From NCBI GenBank assembly GCA_050015395.1, contig JBEKBM010000040.1, forward strand, positions 1 through 12,874: a stretch of 12,874 nt of DNA. Reading direction: 5' to 3'. This document shows positions 1-8,345 of this stretch, in pieces; within the stretch, counting starts at the first letter, position 1; every line of letters begins with the position of its first letter. The translations under genes were made by a program, and so were the position numbers. This stretch comes from Candidatus Bathyarchaeia archaeon (GTDB lineage Archaea; Thermoproteota; Bathyarchaeia; Bathyarchaeales; Bathycorpusculaceae). Below the pieces are notes generated by a model that saw nothing but the letters and a program-made list of their open reading frames with translations, did no database searches and was not told where the DNA came from.

Positions 1-1
1 T

Positions 2-142
2 AACCTTCGAAGCGTCAAGCGCAACACAGCCTGTGCTAACACAAACCGAGACGCTGGATTTACTCGGTTTTCTCTTGGACTTGATTTCTTCGCGAAGCTT
101 TTCGAGGTCTTTAGGTGATCGTATACATTTAATGGTTCCCAT
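2..142 (-). CDS. NuoF/HydB-like NADH-binding subunit, N-terminal part (runs off the window edge)
   Basis: Manual translation from ATG 142: MGTIKCIRSPKDLEKLREEIKSKRKPSKSSVSVCVSTGCVALDASKV. The 'I.SP.DLE.LR.EI...V.VC..TGC.A' pattern is typical of the N-terminal thioredoxin-like [2Fe-2S] domain of HydB/NuoF-type proteins. SD-like AGGTGA lies just upstream, and it directly follows the nuoE-like gene. Confidence 0.8.
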   Translation of the reverse strand, partial: MGTIKCIRSPKDLEKLREEIKSKRKPSKSSVSVCVSTGCVALDASKV

Positions 143-155
143 GTTTATTCACCTG

Positions 156-803
156 CTATGTGTATTTAGATAGAATTCTTTTTACGGCGAGCAGCTTTAA
201 GTTTCCATAGTATTCGCCGTCAATAGTCATCATTGGGCCGAGAGCGCAACCGCCTAAACAGTAAACTGTTTCAAGACTGAATCTGCCGTCTGTGGTGACT
301 TCACCCGTATCTATGCCGAGAATGCTCTGCAACTTCTCAAGGATTGTTGGCGCACCTCTCACTTTACAGGAAGTTCCCGTGCAAACCCTTATTAGATGTC
401 TCCCTCGAGGACTGAGAGAGAAGGCTTTGTAAAAAGTTGCGACTTGGTATACTTGATTGATAGGTATTCCCAGCTGTGTGCTTACTTCTAATAGCATTTC
501 CATCGGAAGCCAGCCGAAATTCTTTTGCAATCTCAAAAGGATTTGAATTAACATGCTTTTGTCGTATTGGTAGTCCTCTATTGTCTTATTCACTATTCCA
601 GCAATACCACGTAATTTTACAGGTTGCTCTTTTAATGAGAATTTGCTTTTCAACTCCATATCCAACCCTTTTCGACGTAACATTTGAGCTTTTTCTTCAG
701 GGATCCTAACCTTGTAACGGCATGTAGGGCAGGTGGCATAATGCTCGTTCTCGCCTTGGTAATCCCATTTATAGTCACAATGTTGACATATGAGCAATAC
801 CAT
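156..803 (-). CDS. nuoE: NuoE/HydC-like [2Fe-2S] subunit with N-terminal Zn-ribbon extension
   Basis: LIQILLRLQKNFGWLP...VYQVATFYKAFSLSPRGRHLIRVCTGTSCKVRG...FSLETVYCLGGCALGP shows the NuoE motifs with all four cluster Cys. Residues 1-35 add CQHC..W...CPTC. Confidence 0.9.
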   Translation of the reverse strand: MVLLICQHCDYKWDYQGENEHYATCPTCRYKVRIPEEKAQMLRRKGLDMELKSKFSLKEQPVKLRGIAGIVNKTIEDYQYDKSMLIQILLRLQKNFGWLPMEMLLEVSTQLGIPINQVYQVATFYKAFSLSPRGRHLIRVCTGTSCKVRGAPTILEKLQSILGIDTGEVTTDGRFSLETVYCLGGCALGPMMTIDGEYYGNLKLLAVKRILSKYT

Positions 804-810
804 TTTACTA

Positions 811-832
811 CCTACCTACCTAGGTAGGTAGG
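811..832. repeat. Perfect 22-bp palindrome CCTACCTACCTAGGTAGGTAGG
   Basis: Read directly; it is its own reverse complement, is built from CCTA/TAGG tetramers and lies 7 bp upstream of the nuoE-like ATG. Confidence 0.95.
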
Positions 833-835
833 CAT

Positions 836-860
836 CTATAAGTGCTATAAGAGCTTTGCG
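836..860 (-). promoter_or_regulatory. Putative archaeal BRE/TATA promoter for the nuoE/F-like operon
   Basis: The - strand reads CGCAAAGCT-CTTATAG-CA-CTTATAG: a purine-rich BRE-like stretch followed by a duplicated TATA-like heptamer (836-842 and 845-851). Confidence 0.5.
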
Positions 861-924
861 ATTTAGAGCGCTGCACGAGAAACGGCTGGGCACATTGACG
901 AACGGATTTTTATTTCGGACGCGA

Positions 925-1074
925 ACTTTGAAGTTTAAGTATTTGAGCAAGATGGCTGCTGATGAGCAACTGGACGAGTACGTTCTTAATGGGCAGTCAT
1001 TGCTTGACTTGCCATCCGATAACAAGGCGTATGTTTCAGTGAAAGCTATAATGAAAAGCTTGGGCTACTTGTAG
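925..1074 (+). pseudogene. 3' remnant of a CooC/AcsF-like Ni-insertion ATPase gene
   Basis: LKFKYLSKMAADEQLDEYVLNGQSLLDLPSDNKAYVSVKAIMKSLGYL* resembles the CooC/MinD-family C-terminus (xLGxIxxDxxLxEYxxxGxSLLDLPxDSxAYxxVxxI). No P-loop or CxC region is present upstream. It sits directly before cdhA. The 5' boundary is approximate. Confidence 0.65.
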
Positions 1075-1149
1075 GCACAAGTGTTTTTACACAATTTTTC
1101 GGAAACCTTCCATATTTATAGCTTCTCCCTGACTTTTGCCTTTAAATCT

Positions 1150-1204
1150 GGAAAGGTTTAAAAAGATTGTAATGGAGTTTATAGCTAAACCTTTACAGAG
1201 GTTT
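1150..1204 (+). promoter_or_regulatory. Putative cdh operon promoter (BRE-TATA) and RBS
   Basis: GGAAAGG-TTTAAAAA (TATA-like at 1157-1164); GAGGT SD-like at 1198-1202 ahead of TTG 1211. Confidence 0.55.
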
Positions 1205-1210
1205 CTTAAT

Positions 1211-3559
1211 TTGACGACTAAAAACGTTAATATAAAAATTGATGAAATGAAGACCAATACTGGTTTCATTAAAAATCTTGAGTTATCTATAGGCAAAGTT
1301 ACCACTGACAACTGGACTGAACCTATGGGTCCAACCCCCATGCCATCACTAACTGCCCTGAGAGACTGGGACATGAAACTCCTCACCAAGTACAAGCCCT
1401 TTTACATGCCTGATTGCGACCTCTGCTGTCTCTGCACTTATGGAAAATGTGATTTGACAGCTGGTAAACGTGGCGCTTGCGGCTTAGACATCGCTGCCCA
1501 ATCATCTCGTATAGTGCTTTTGGCTTGTAGTATTGGAGCGGCAACTCACACAGGTCACGCCCGTCATGTTGTTGATCACTTGATCGAGAAATATGGTCGA
1601 AAGCATCCTATTGATGTAGGTGGCTTAAACGTTAAGGTCGAAGCTCCAGTCACAAGACTTGTCACTGGAATAAAACCTGAAACTCTTGGCGATCTAGAGG
1701 AAGTTTTGGAATACTGCGAAATGCAGATTACTCATTTACTCTCAGTTGCGCATACAGGCCAGGAAGGAAACAATTTGGACTTTGAATCAAAGGCTTTTCA
1801 TGCTGGTAGAATTGACCAAGTAGGCATGGAAGTCGCGGATATAGCTCAAATCTCAACACTAAACTTCCCGAAAGCTGATCCTGAAGCACCACTCATCAAA
1901 ATGGGTATTGGATCTGTCGACACATCAAAACCAGTCATCATGTGCATCGGTCACAACGTCGTGCCCTCAGTTGGAATTATCGATTACATGAAAGAAAGCA
2001 AGCTTGATGACAAAATGGAAGTCGTGGGATTATGTTGTACTGCCTTCGACAATACAAGATATTACAACCGAGCAAAAATCGTCGGTCCAATCTCATGGCA
2101 ACTACGCTTTATACGTGGAGGATTCGCAGATGTAGTCGTCCTTGACGAGCAATGTGTCCGAACAGATGCTTTTGATGAAGCACGCAAAGTTCGCGCTCCG
2201 GTCATCGCCGCGTCAGAGAAGAACTGTATGGGCTTTAAGAACCGCACAAACGACCCGGCAGACGAAATCGTCGCTGACCTTGTAAGCGGCAAAGTACTTG
2301 GTGTACTCATTCTTGACCCTGAAAAAGTCGGCGAAGTAGCAGTCAAAGTTGCAAAGCAAATAGCGCCTATACGCAAGAAAATGAATAACCTGCCCACAAT
2401 CGACGAAATAAAATCTCTTGCCAAAACATGCAGACAATGCAACCTTTGCCAGAGAAGTTGCCCGCAAGACCTCCAAATCCCAGCAGCACTCAAAGCTGCA
2501 GCTGAAGGCAATCTTGCACCACTAACCGACCTATATGAAGAATGCATTGGATGTGGACGCTGCGAAGAAGCATGCCCCGTCAAACTGCAAATACACAGCT
2601 TCATAGTCAAAGCCGGCGAAAAATTCATGTTAGAAGAATCTAACTTGTGCCGTGCAGGCAGAGGCGCTGTCCAAGATGTGGAAATACGCAATGTCGGCAG
2701 CCCAATCGTACTCGGAGAAATCCCCGGCATACTTGCAGTTGTAGGGTGCGCTAATTACCCGCACGGCGGCAAAGATGTCTATGACATATGCAGAGAATTT
2801 GCCAGCCGACGCTTCATCGTTGTCACATCAGGATGCTCGGCCATGTCCGCGGGAAGCTACAAAAACGAAGAAGGCAAAACATTATACGAGGAATTCTCAG
2901 GCGGATTTGAGGCTGGAGGAGTACTTAACGTCGGTTCATGTGTTGCAAATGCGCATATTGCAGGCGCCGCCATCAAAGTCGCTAACATCTTTGCAAAGAG
3001 GAACTTGCGAGGTAACTACGAGGAAATAGCTGATTATATCCATAACCGTGTAGGCGCAGTCGGCTTAGCTTGGGGTGCATACTCGCAGAAAGCGGCGTCA
3101 ATTGCTTCTGGCTTCTGGAGTTTAGGCGTTCCAGTACTCGTCGGTCCACACGGCAGCAAATACCGGCGTATGCTCCTTGGTAGAGAGGACAAGCCTGAAG
3201 ATTGGGAAGTTTACGATGCACGCACAGGCAACAAAGTAAACGTCGGACCGTCTCCCGAACACTTGTTTCAAACAGTTGAAACACCACAAGAAGCAATGGT
3301 TTCAATCGCAAAACTATGCATTAGACCAAACGACACTTGGAAAGGTCGCAGCATAAAACTAAGCCACTACGTTGACCTACACAAACGACACTACGGATGC
3401 ATGCCGCTGGACTTACACTTGTTCGTGCGAACAATGGCTGATGTGCCAATGACAATGAAAGATGAATTTACCAAGATACTGGAAGCACACGATTGGAAGG
3501 AAACAGTAATTCCTGACCCGACATTGCTTCCAAGAATGATCCGTAAAATGAAGGAGTGA
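1211..3559 (+). CDS. cdhA: ACDS complex alpha subunit (archaeal Ni-CO dehydrogenase)
   Basis: GPTPMP, CDLCCLCTYGKCDL..GACG (D/B clusters), C-cluster ligand motifs GHN, CCT, DEQC, GCANY, SGCS and GSC, and two ferredoxin motifs CRQCNLCQRSCP and CIGCGRCEEACP. Start moved from ORF-track 1136 to TTG 1211 because of the SD and promoter positions. Confidence 0.97.
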   Translation: MTTKNVNIKIDEMKTNTGFIKNLELSIGKVTTDNWTEPMGPTPMPSLTALRDWDMKLLTKYKPFYMPDCDLCCLCTYGKCDLTAGKRGACGLDIAAQSSRIVLLACSIGAATHTGHARHVVDHLIEKYGRKHPIDVGGLNVKVEAPVTRLVTGIKPETLGDLEEVLEYCEMQITHLLSVAHTGQEGNNLDFESKAFHAGRIDQVGMEVADIAQISTLNFPKADPEAPLIKMGIGSVDTSKPVIMCIGHNVVPSVGIIDYMKESKLDDKMEVVGLCCTAFDNTRYYNRAKIVGPISWQLRFIRGGFADVVVLDEQCVRTDAFDEARKVRAPVIAASEKNCMGFKNRTNDPADEIVADLVSGKVLGVLILDPEKVGEVAVKVAKQIAPIRKKMNNLPTIDEIKSLAKTCRQCNLCQRSCPQDLQIPAALKAAAEGNLAPLTDLYEECIGCGRCEEACPVKLQIHSFIVKAGEKFMLEESNLCRAGRGAVQDVEIRNVGSPIVLGEIPGILAVVGCANYPHGGKDVYDICREFASRRFIVVTSGCSAMSAGSYKNEEGKTLYEEFSGGFEAGGVLNVGSCVANAHIAGAAIKVANIFAKRNLRGNYEEIADYIHNRVGAVGLAWGAYSQKAASIASGFWSLGVPVLVGPHGSKYRRMLLGREDKPEDWEVYDARTGNKVNVGPSPEHLFQTVETPQEAMVSIAKLCIRPNDTWKGRSIKLSHYVDLHKRHYGCMPLDLHLFVRTMADVPMTMKDEFTKILEAHDWKETVIPDPTLLPRMIRKMKE

Positions 3560-3565
3560 TAAGAC

Positions 3566-4108
3566 ATGTCATGTGAACCTTGGCAATGTGCAGAAATAGC
3601 CGCAACAAAGAAAGCAAACCCCATACAGAAACCTGAGATAGTAGTAGCAATGATAAAGAAAGCATCACGTCCCATCCTCATTGTAGGTAGCAATGCTACT
3701 GAACGCTGGATGGAAGGCAAACAACTAATCGAGTACCTGATTGACTTCGCTAAAGCATCAAAAGTCCCAGTTGTAGCCACAGCCCACATGGTCGGCGAAT
3801 TCATAAAACGCGGTTACCAACCAGCAGGCTTCATGTCCGCAATGGACATTGGTAACAGGCTTGTAGATCCAGAGTGGCAAGGAATCGACGGTAAAGGACA
3901 CCCTGATTTAGTATTACTCATCGGGCTGCCATATTATATGGAGGCATTAATCTTGTCAGGTCTCAAGCACTTTGCTCCAGACCTCAAGACTATGACTCTG
4001 GACAACATGTATCATGCACACGCAAGCTGGTCTTTCCCAAACGCAACCCTTGAGGAATGGGCTGCAAATCTCAAAGTCATAACTTCAAAATTTGAAGGAG
4101 GACAATAA
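3566..4108 (+). CDS. cdhB: ACDS complex epsilon subunit
   Basis: PWQ.A..., MIKKASRPILIVG, PVVATAH, DPEWQGIDGKGHPDL, LSGLKHFA, ASWSFPN; SD GGAGTGA; position directly after cdhA. Confidence 0.95.
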   Translation: MSCEPWQCAEIAATKKANPIQKPEIVVAMIKKASRPILIVGSNATERWMEGKQLIEYLIDFAKASKVPVVATAHMVGEFIKRGYQPAGFMSAMDIGNRLVDPEWQGIDGKGHPDLVLLIGLPYYMEALILSGLKHFAPDLKTMTLDNMYHAHASWSFPNATLEEWAANLKVITSKFEGGQ

Positions 4109-4112
4109 AAAA

Positions 4113-5528
4113 ATGTCAATGTTTAAAGATATACCTGTTGATGTTGGCGTAATCTACGAAGGCGAACGCATTAGAAGAAACGACATGCAAGTAGAACTTG
4201 GTGGACCAAATGTTAAAGAAAAGTTTGAACTAGCAAAAGTAAAACCAATGGACGAAATAGAAGACGGCAAAATCACCATAATAGGCCCAGACATAAAAGA
4301 CCTCAAAGAAGGCGGCGCATATCCACTCGGCATTCTCGTTGAAGCTGCAGGTGCAACTCTTGATCAAGGACTCGAAGGCGTCATCGAAAGACGCATTCAC
4401 GGCTACCTAAACTACATTGAAGGCTTCATGCACCTAAACCAACGCTATGACATCTGGATACGCCTGGGCAAAAAATCATTCCAAAAAGGCTTAAACAGTT
4501 TTGAACCAATCGGAAAAGTACTCTACCGCCTATTCAAAAGTGAACTCCCCATAATCGAGAAAGTGCAAATAACCTTCATAACAGATCCAGCTAAATTGTC
4601 AGAACTCTACTCGAATGCAATGCAAGATTACGAATCACGCGACGCCAAAGCAAGAGGCCTCAAAGACGAAGACGTCGACAAATTTTACGGTTGCACCCTG
4701 TGCCAATCGTTTGCTCCAACCCATGTTTGCATCATCACCCCGCAAAGATATTCTAACTGCGGAGCCATCAGCTGGTTTGACGGAAAAGCCTCAGCAAACA
4801 TTGATCCTAAAGGACCAGTATTCGCAATAGACAGAGGCCAATTATTGAATGCTGAAAAGGGCGAGTTTAGCGGCGTTAACGAAATGGCTAAAAAACACAC
4901 TATGGGCGAAGTGAACCAAGTCTGGCTATACACAGCGTTCGATCACCCACACACTTCATGCGGATGCTTCGAGGCAGTAGCATTCTACATTCCAGAAGTA
5001 GACGGCTTTGGCGTAGTAAACAGAAGCTTCAAAGGCGTAACAGTAAACGGTTTACCATTCTCAACAATCGCTGACTCCACCGCTGGCGGACGACAAATAG
5101 ACGGCTTCCACGGAATGTCAATTGAATACATGCGTAGCAAGAAGTTCCTATCTGCAGACGGTGGATGGAACCGCATAGTTTGGCTTCCAAAAGAAGTTAA
5201 AGAACGAGTAAAAGACTTCATACCCCAAGACATCGTTGACAAAATTGCCACTGAAGAAAACGCAACAAGCGTCGACGTATTGAAAGCATTCCTAAAGGAC
5301 AAAAATCACCCAGTAGTCGCAAGATGGACAGCCGAAGAAGCACCAGCAGCAGAAGCAGAAGCCTTAGAGGTTAAAGAAGAAGCAGCAGGTACAATGATGC
5401 CGGTTGCCACAGCAGCGTCGTTGCCAATAATGGCTGGCGGATTCAAAATCATTCTCAAAGACGCAAAAATCTACGCTAAAACAGTCATAATCCAAGTTGT
5501 AAAGAGCGAAAAAACTGAGAAGCGGTGA
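4113..5528 (+). CDS. cdhC: ACDS complex beta subunit (acetyl-CoA synthase)
   Basis: YEGERIR, HLNQRYDIWIR, A-cluster motifs FYGCTLCQSFAP, CGAISW and HTSCGCFE, and an Ala/Glu-rich C-terminal linker. Start set at ATG 4113 after SD GGAGGA (ATG 4119 also possible). Confidence 0.97.
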   Translation: MSMFKDIPVDVGVIYEGERIRRNDMQVELGGPNVKEKFELAKVKPMDEIEDGKITIIGPDIKDLKEGGAYPLGILVEAAGATLDQGLEGVIERRIHGYLNYIEGFMHLNQRYDIWIRLGKKSFQKGLNSFEPIGKVLYRLFKSELPIIEKVQITFITDPAKLSELYSNAMQDYESRDAKARGLKDEDVDKFYGCTLCQSFAPTHVCIITPQRYSNCGAISWFDGKASANIDPKGPVFAIDRGQLLNAEKGEFSGVNEMAKKHTMGEVNQVWLYTAFDHPHTSCGCFEAVAFYIPEVDGFGVVNRSFKGVTVNGLPFSTIADSTAGGRQIDGFHGMSIEYMRSKKFLSADGGWNRIVWLPKEVKERVKDFIPQDIVDKIATEENATSVDVLKAFLKDKNHPVVARWTAEEAPAAEAEALEVKEEAAGTMMPVATAASLPIMAGGFKIILKDAKIYAKTVIIQVVKSEKTEKR

Positions 5529-6754
5529 CCCAATTGCCTCAAGACAGCGCCAAGAAAAAAGACGATGAAGGATTAAAACTCAGCAGTGACCTATTGGAAG
5601 CGCTTGCAAAATTCCAGCAGATCGAGCTGCAAGATTTCGAAATGGACGTCAAGGAACTGGAAATAATCTTTGAGCCGGGAATGGCTGGGCAAATGATGCC
5701 CAAGATAAAGCTTCCAGGCTTAGCAGGCGGGAAACCCACTGCCATGTTGCAGGCAGCTTTTGTACCTCCAGTTGAAACCTATGCAAACAAGATCACTGAA
5801 GTAAGACTTGGGGCAACCAGAAGCGAAGGCGGAACACGCGGAAAATCACTCATAGTAGGCGGCGAGACTTCGCCTGCATTCTACAATTTTGAGCGACCAA
5901 CCACTCACAAACCAGTAATCACTCTTGACGTTTTCGACATGGAAGTTCCACTAAGCAAAGCAGTCAAAATGCACGTCAAAGACGTTGTCGGTGACCCAGC
6001 GGCATGGGCAAAACTTGCAGTGGACAAGTTCGGTGCAGATATGGTTACAATTCACCTAATCAGCATTGATCCGCTACTCAAAGATGCTACACCAAAAGAC
6101 GCGGTGAAAACAGTTGAAAAAGTTCTGCAAGCCGTTGACGTTCCGCTAGTTATCGGCGGTTGCGGTGACCCAGTTAAAGACGCAGACGTTTTCGAGGCAA
6201 TCTGCGAGGCTTTCCCAGGCGAACGTTTCCTCATTAGCTCAATAACAAGGGATATGGATGTTGAGCGCTGTGCAAAGTACGTTAAAAAGAACGGGCATGC
6301 CGCGCTATCCTTCACTCCTATGGACTTGAATTTGGCACGGGAACTTAACAGGCGACTATACGACTTCTTGGGAAGAGAAGACATTGTCATGGACTTAACC
6401 ACTGCCGCGTTAGGCTACGGCTTAGATTACGCATTCACTAACATGGAGCGTGCAAGGCTCGGTGGATTAATGGGTGACGTTGAATTAGCTCACCCAATGT
6501 CTTCAGGAACAACTAATGCTTGGGCGGCACGTGAGGCTTGGCTCAAAATGTCTGCTGAATGGGAACCACGCGAGCTCCGAGGTCCACTTTGGGAAGTAAC
6601 AACAGCCTTAACACTTTTGCTTGCTGGTGTTGACTTATTCATGATGATGCACCCCGCTGCCGTAAAAACACTAAAAGACGTTACAAACTATCTAACAAGC
6701 GGCAAGAAAGCAGATGCTTCCAAATTTGCTGATTGGGTCAGCGTAAAGGCTTAA
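5525..6754 (+). CDS. cdhD: ACDS complex delta subunit (corrinoid Fe-S protein small subunit)
   Basis: LGATRSEGGTRG, VLQAVDVPLVIGGCGDP, MDLTTAALGYGLDY, TTNAWAAREAW, RGPLWE, DLFMMMHP; GTG start overlaps the cdhC TGA stop. Confidence 0.96.
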   Translation: MTQLPQDSAKKKDDEGLKLSSDLLEALAKFQQIELQDFEMDVKELEIIFEPGMAGQMMPKIKLPGLAGGKPTAMLQAAFVPPVETYANKITEVRLGATRSEGGTRGKSLIVGGETSPAFYNFERPTTHKPVITLDVFDMEVPLSKAVKMHVKDVVGDPAAWAKLAVDKFGADMVTIHLISIDPLLKDATPKDAVKTVEKVLQAVDVPLVIGGCGDPVKDADVFEAICEAFPGERFLISSITRDMDVERCAKYVKKNGHAALSFTPMDLNLARELNRRLYDFLGREDIVMDLTTAALGYGLDYAFTNMERARLGGLMGDVELAHPMSSGTTNAWAAREAWLKMSAEWEPRELRGPLWEVTTALTLLLAGVDLFMMMHPAAVKTLKDVTNYLTSGKKADASKFADWVSVKA

Positions 6755-6769
6755 GGGAGTTTGAATGGG

Positions 6770-8194
6770 ATGAGCGAAAAAAAGAAAGCTGGATTAAAAG
6801 AATTAAGCCCCATAGACGTTTACAAGCTTCTTCCAAAAATTAACTGTAAAGAATGCGGTCAAGACAACTGCATGGCTTTTGCCACAAAAATTGTCAACCG
6901 CGAAGTAAACATTGACCAGTGCCCACCGCTGTTAAAGAAAGAAAACGAGAAAGCCTACAACCAACTGAAAGAACTTCTGAAGCCAGCAGTCAAAGAAGTC
7001 ACCGTGGGCGTAGGAGACAAAGCTATGAAACTAGGCGGCAAACTAGTCATGTACCGTCATGAATTCACCTATAATAACCCGACAGCCATCGCAATCGACG
7101 TAACCGACGAAATGACCGCGCAGGAAGTTGAAAGCCGAATAAAACGCATAGAAAACTATAGCTTCGAATACATCGGCTACACGCTAAAGCTGGACATGAT
7201 TGCTGTCCGCTCAACATCAGGCGACGCTGAAAAATTTAAAGCCACCGTGAAAAAAGTCGTTGAAACAACCAAACTACCCATGATTCTGTGCGCATTAAAC
7301 TCGAATGTTCTTGAAGCAGGATTAATTGCGGCGCCAAAAGCACGACCACTACTTTATGCGGCTAACAAAGAAAACTGGAAAGACATGGCGGAACTCGCCT
7401 TAATGTACAGTTGCCCACTGGTGGTTTCTGCACCAAACGACCTAAACACGCTGGTTTCGCTCGCTAAAACATTGATGGCTTATGGTGTAACTGACTTGGT
7501 TTTAGACCCAGGTACATTCGCGAATGAAGGATTACCAGATACTATTAACAACTTTACGATGCTACGCAGAGCAGCAGCTAAAGGCGGAGAAGAGCTTGCT
7601 GGCTTCCCATTGATGGGTGTTCCAATGGTTGCTTGGCTGGGCAAGGGCGAAACAGCTGAAGACCTCCTAAAATGGCGTGAAGCATACTTAGCCGCAATGC
7701 TCATTGTACGGTACGCTGACGTACTTATAATGCACGGCGCTGACGGATGGTCACTGCTGCCGATTACGGTGCTAAGACAAAACATTTACACTGACCCACG
7801 CAAACCAGTCGCGGTTGCTCCAGGACTCAAAGTGTTCGGGACTCCAGACGAAAACTCTCCAGTGTTCTTTACATCCAACTTTGCCTTAACATACTACACA
7901 GTCGCTTCAGACATAGAAAACAGCAAACTAAACGCGTATCTCATTGTTGTTGACACTGAGGGCTTAGCAATCGACAGCGGAGTCGCAGGACGAAAACTAA
8001 CCGCTGAAGGCGTAGCCGACGCCATAAAAGCTTCAGGCGTAGAAAGCAAAGTTAAACACAGAACAATAATTATCCCTGGCAAAGCATCACGCATAAGCGG
8101 CGAAATCGAAGAACTCAGCGGCTGGAAAGTTCAAGTTGGACCACGCGACAGCAGCGAGATACCCAAGTATCTCATTGAGAAATGGCAACCCTAA
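6770..8194 (+). CDS. cdhE: ACDS complex gamma subunit (corrinoid Fe-S protein large subunit)
   Basis: LPKINCKECGQDNCMAFA...CPPL ([4Fe-4S]), RQNIYTDPRKP, NFALTYYTV, VGPRDSS. ATG 6770 is preferred to TTG 6761 by spacing from GGGAG. Confidence 0.97.
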   Translation: MSEKKKAGLKELSPIDVYKLLPKINCKECGQDNCMAFATKIVNREVNIDQCPPLLKKENEKAYNQLKELLKPAVKEVTVGVGDKAMKLGGKLVMYRHEFTYNNPTAIAIDVTDEMTAQEVESRIKRIENYSFEYIGYTLKLDMIAVRSTSGDAEKFKATVKKVVETTKLPMILCALNSNVLEAGLIAAPKARPLLYAANKENWKDMAELALMYSCPLVVSAPNDLNTLVSLAKTLMAYGVTDLVLDPGTFANEGLPDTINNFTMLRRAAAKGGEELAGFPLMGVPMVAWLGKGETAEDLLKWREAYLAAMLIVRYADVLIMHGADGWSLLPITVLRQNIYTDPRKPVAVAPGLKVFGTPDENSPVFFTSNFALTYYTVASDIENSKLNAYLIVVDTEGLAIDSGVAGRKLTAEGVADAIKASGVESKVKHRTIIIPGKASRISGEIEELSGWKVQVGPRDSSEIPKYLIEKWQP

Positions 8195-8196
8195 CA

Positions 8197-8230
8197 ACTC
8201 TTTCTTTTCTTTTATCTTTTAATCTTTTTA
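8197..8230 (+). terminator. T-rich archaeal-type terminator after cdhE
   Basis: CTCTTTCTTTTCTTTATCTTTTAATCTTTTT immediately follows the TAA. Confidence 0.65.
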
Positions 8231-8258
8231 AAGCCCTTTAATGTCTAATAGCTTGCTC

Positions 8259-8314
8259 GGATAATGTTAATTCTTTTGCCATAACCTCATAAAGCGGTTT
8301 TGCACTTTTTACTA
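8259..8314 (+). repeat. Imperfect direct repeat, copy 1 (56 bp)
   Basis: Ungapped manual alignment to 8762-8817 gives 46/56 identical; a third partial copy lies at 8326-8349. Confidence 0.9.
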
Positions 8315-8345
8315 TGACCATTATAGAATACTGTTAAGAGTTTGG

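Noticed and set aside
2-142. Apparent frameshift in the nuoF-like N-terminus
   Set aside because: Codon-by-codon recount shows one open frame through VCVSTGC.
1136-1210. ORF-track N-terminal extension of CdhA
   Set aside because: It runs through the predicted promoter and has no RBS; TTG 1211 has one.
5330-5400. GCAGCAGAA-type repeats in cdhC
   Set aside because: They reflect the low-complexity Ala/Glu linker normal for ACDS beta subunits.
476-8094. Alternative-frame and antisense ORFs (476-709, 816-1025, 1087-1395, 2062-2730, 2213-2476, 2775-3029, 2982-3311, 3391-3804, 3468-3668, 4615-4830, 4685-4933, 4985-5302, 5539-5745, 6052-6402, 7480-7785, 7894-8094)
   Set aside because: They overlap well-supported genes or the cooC-like remnant and show no motifs; these are shadow ORFs.
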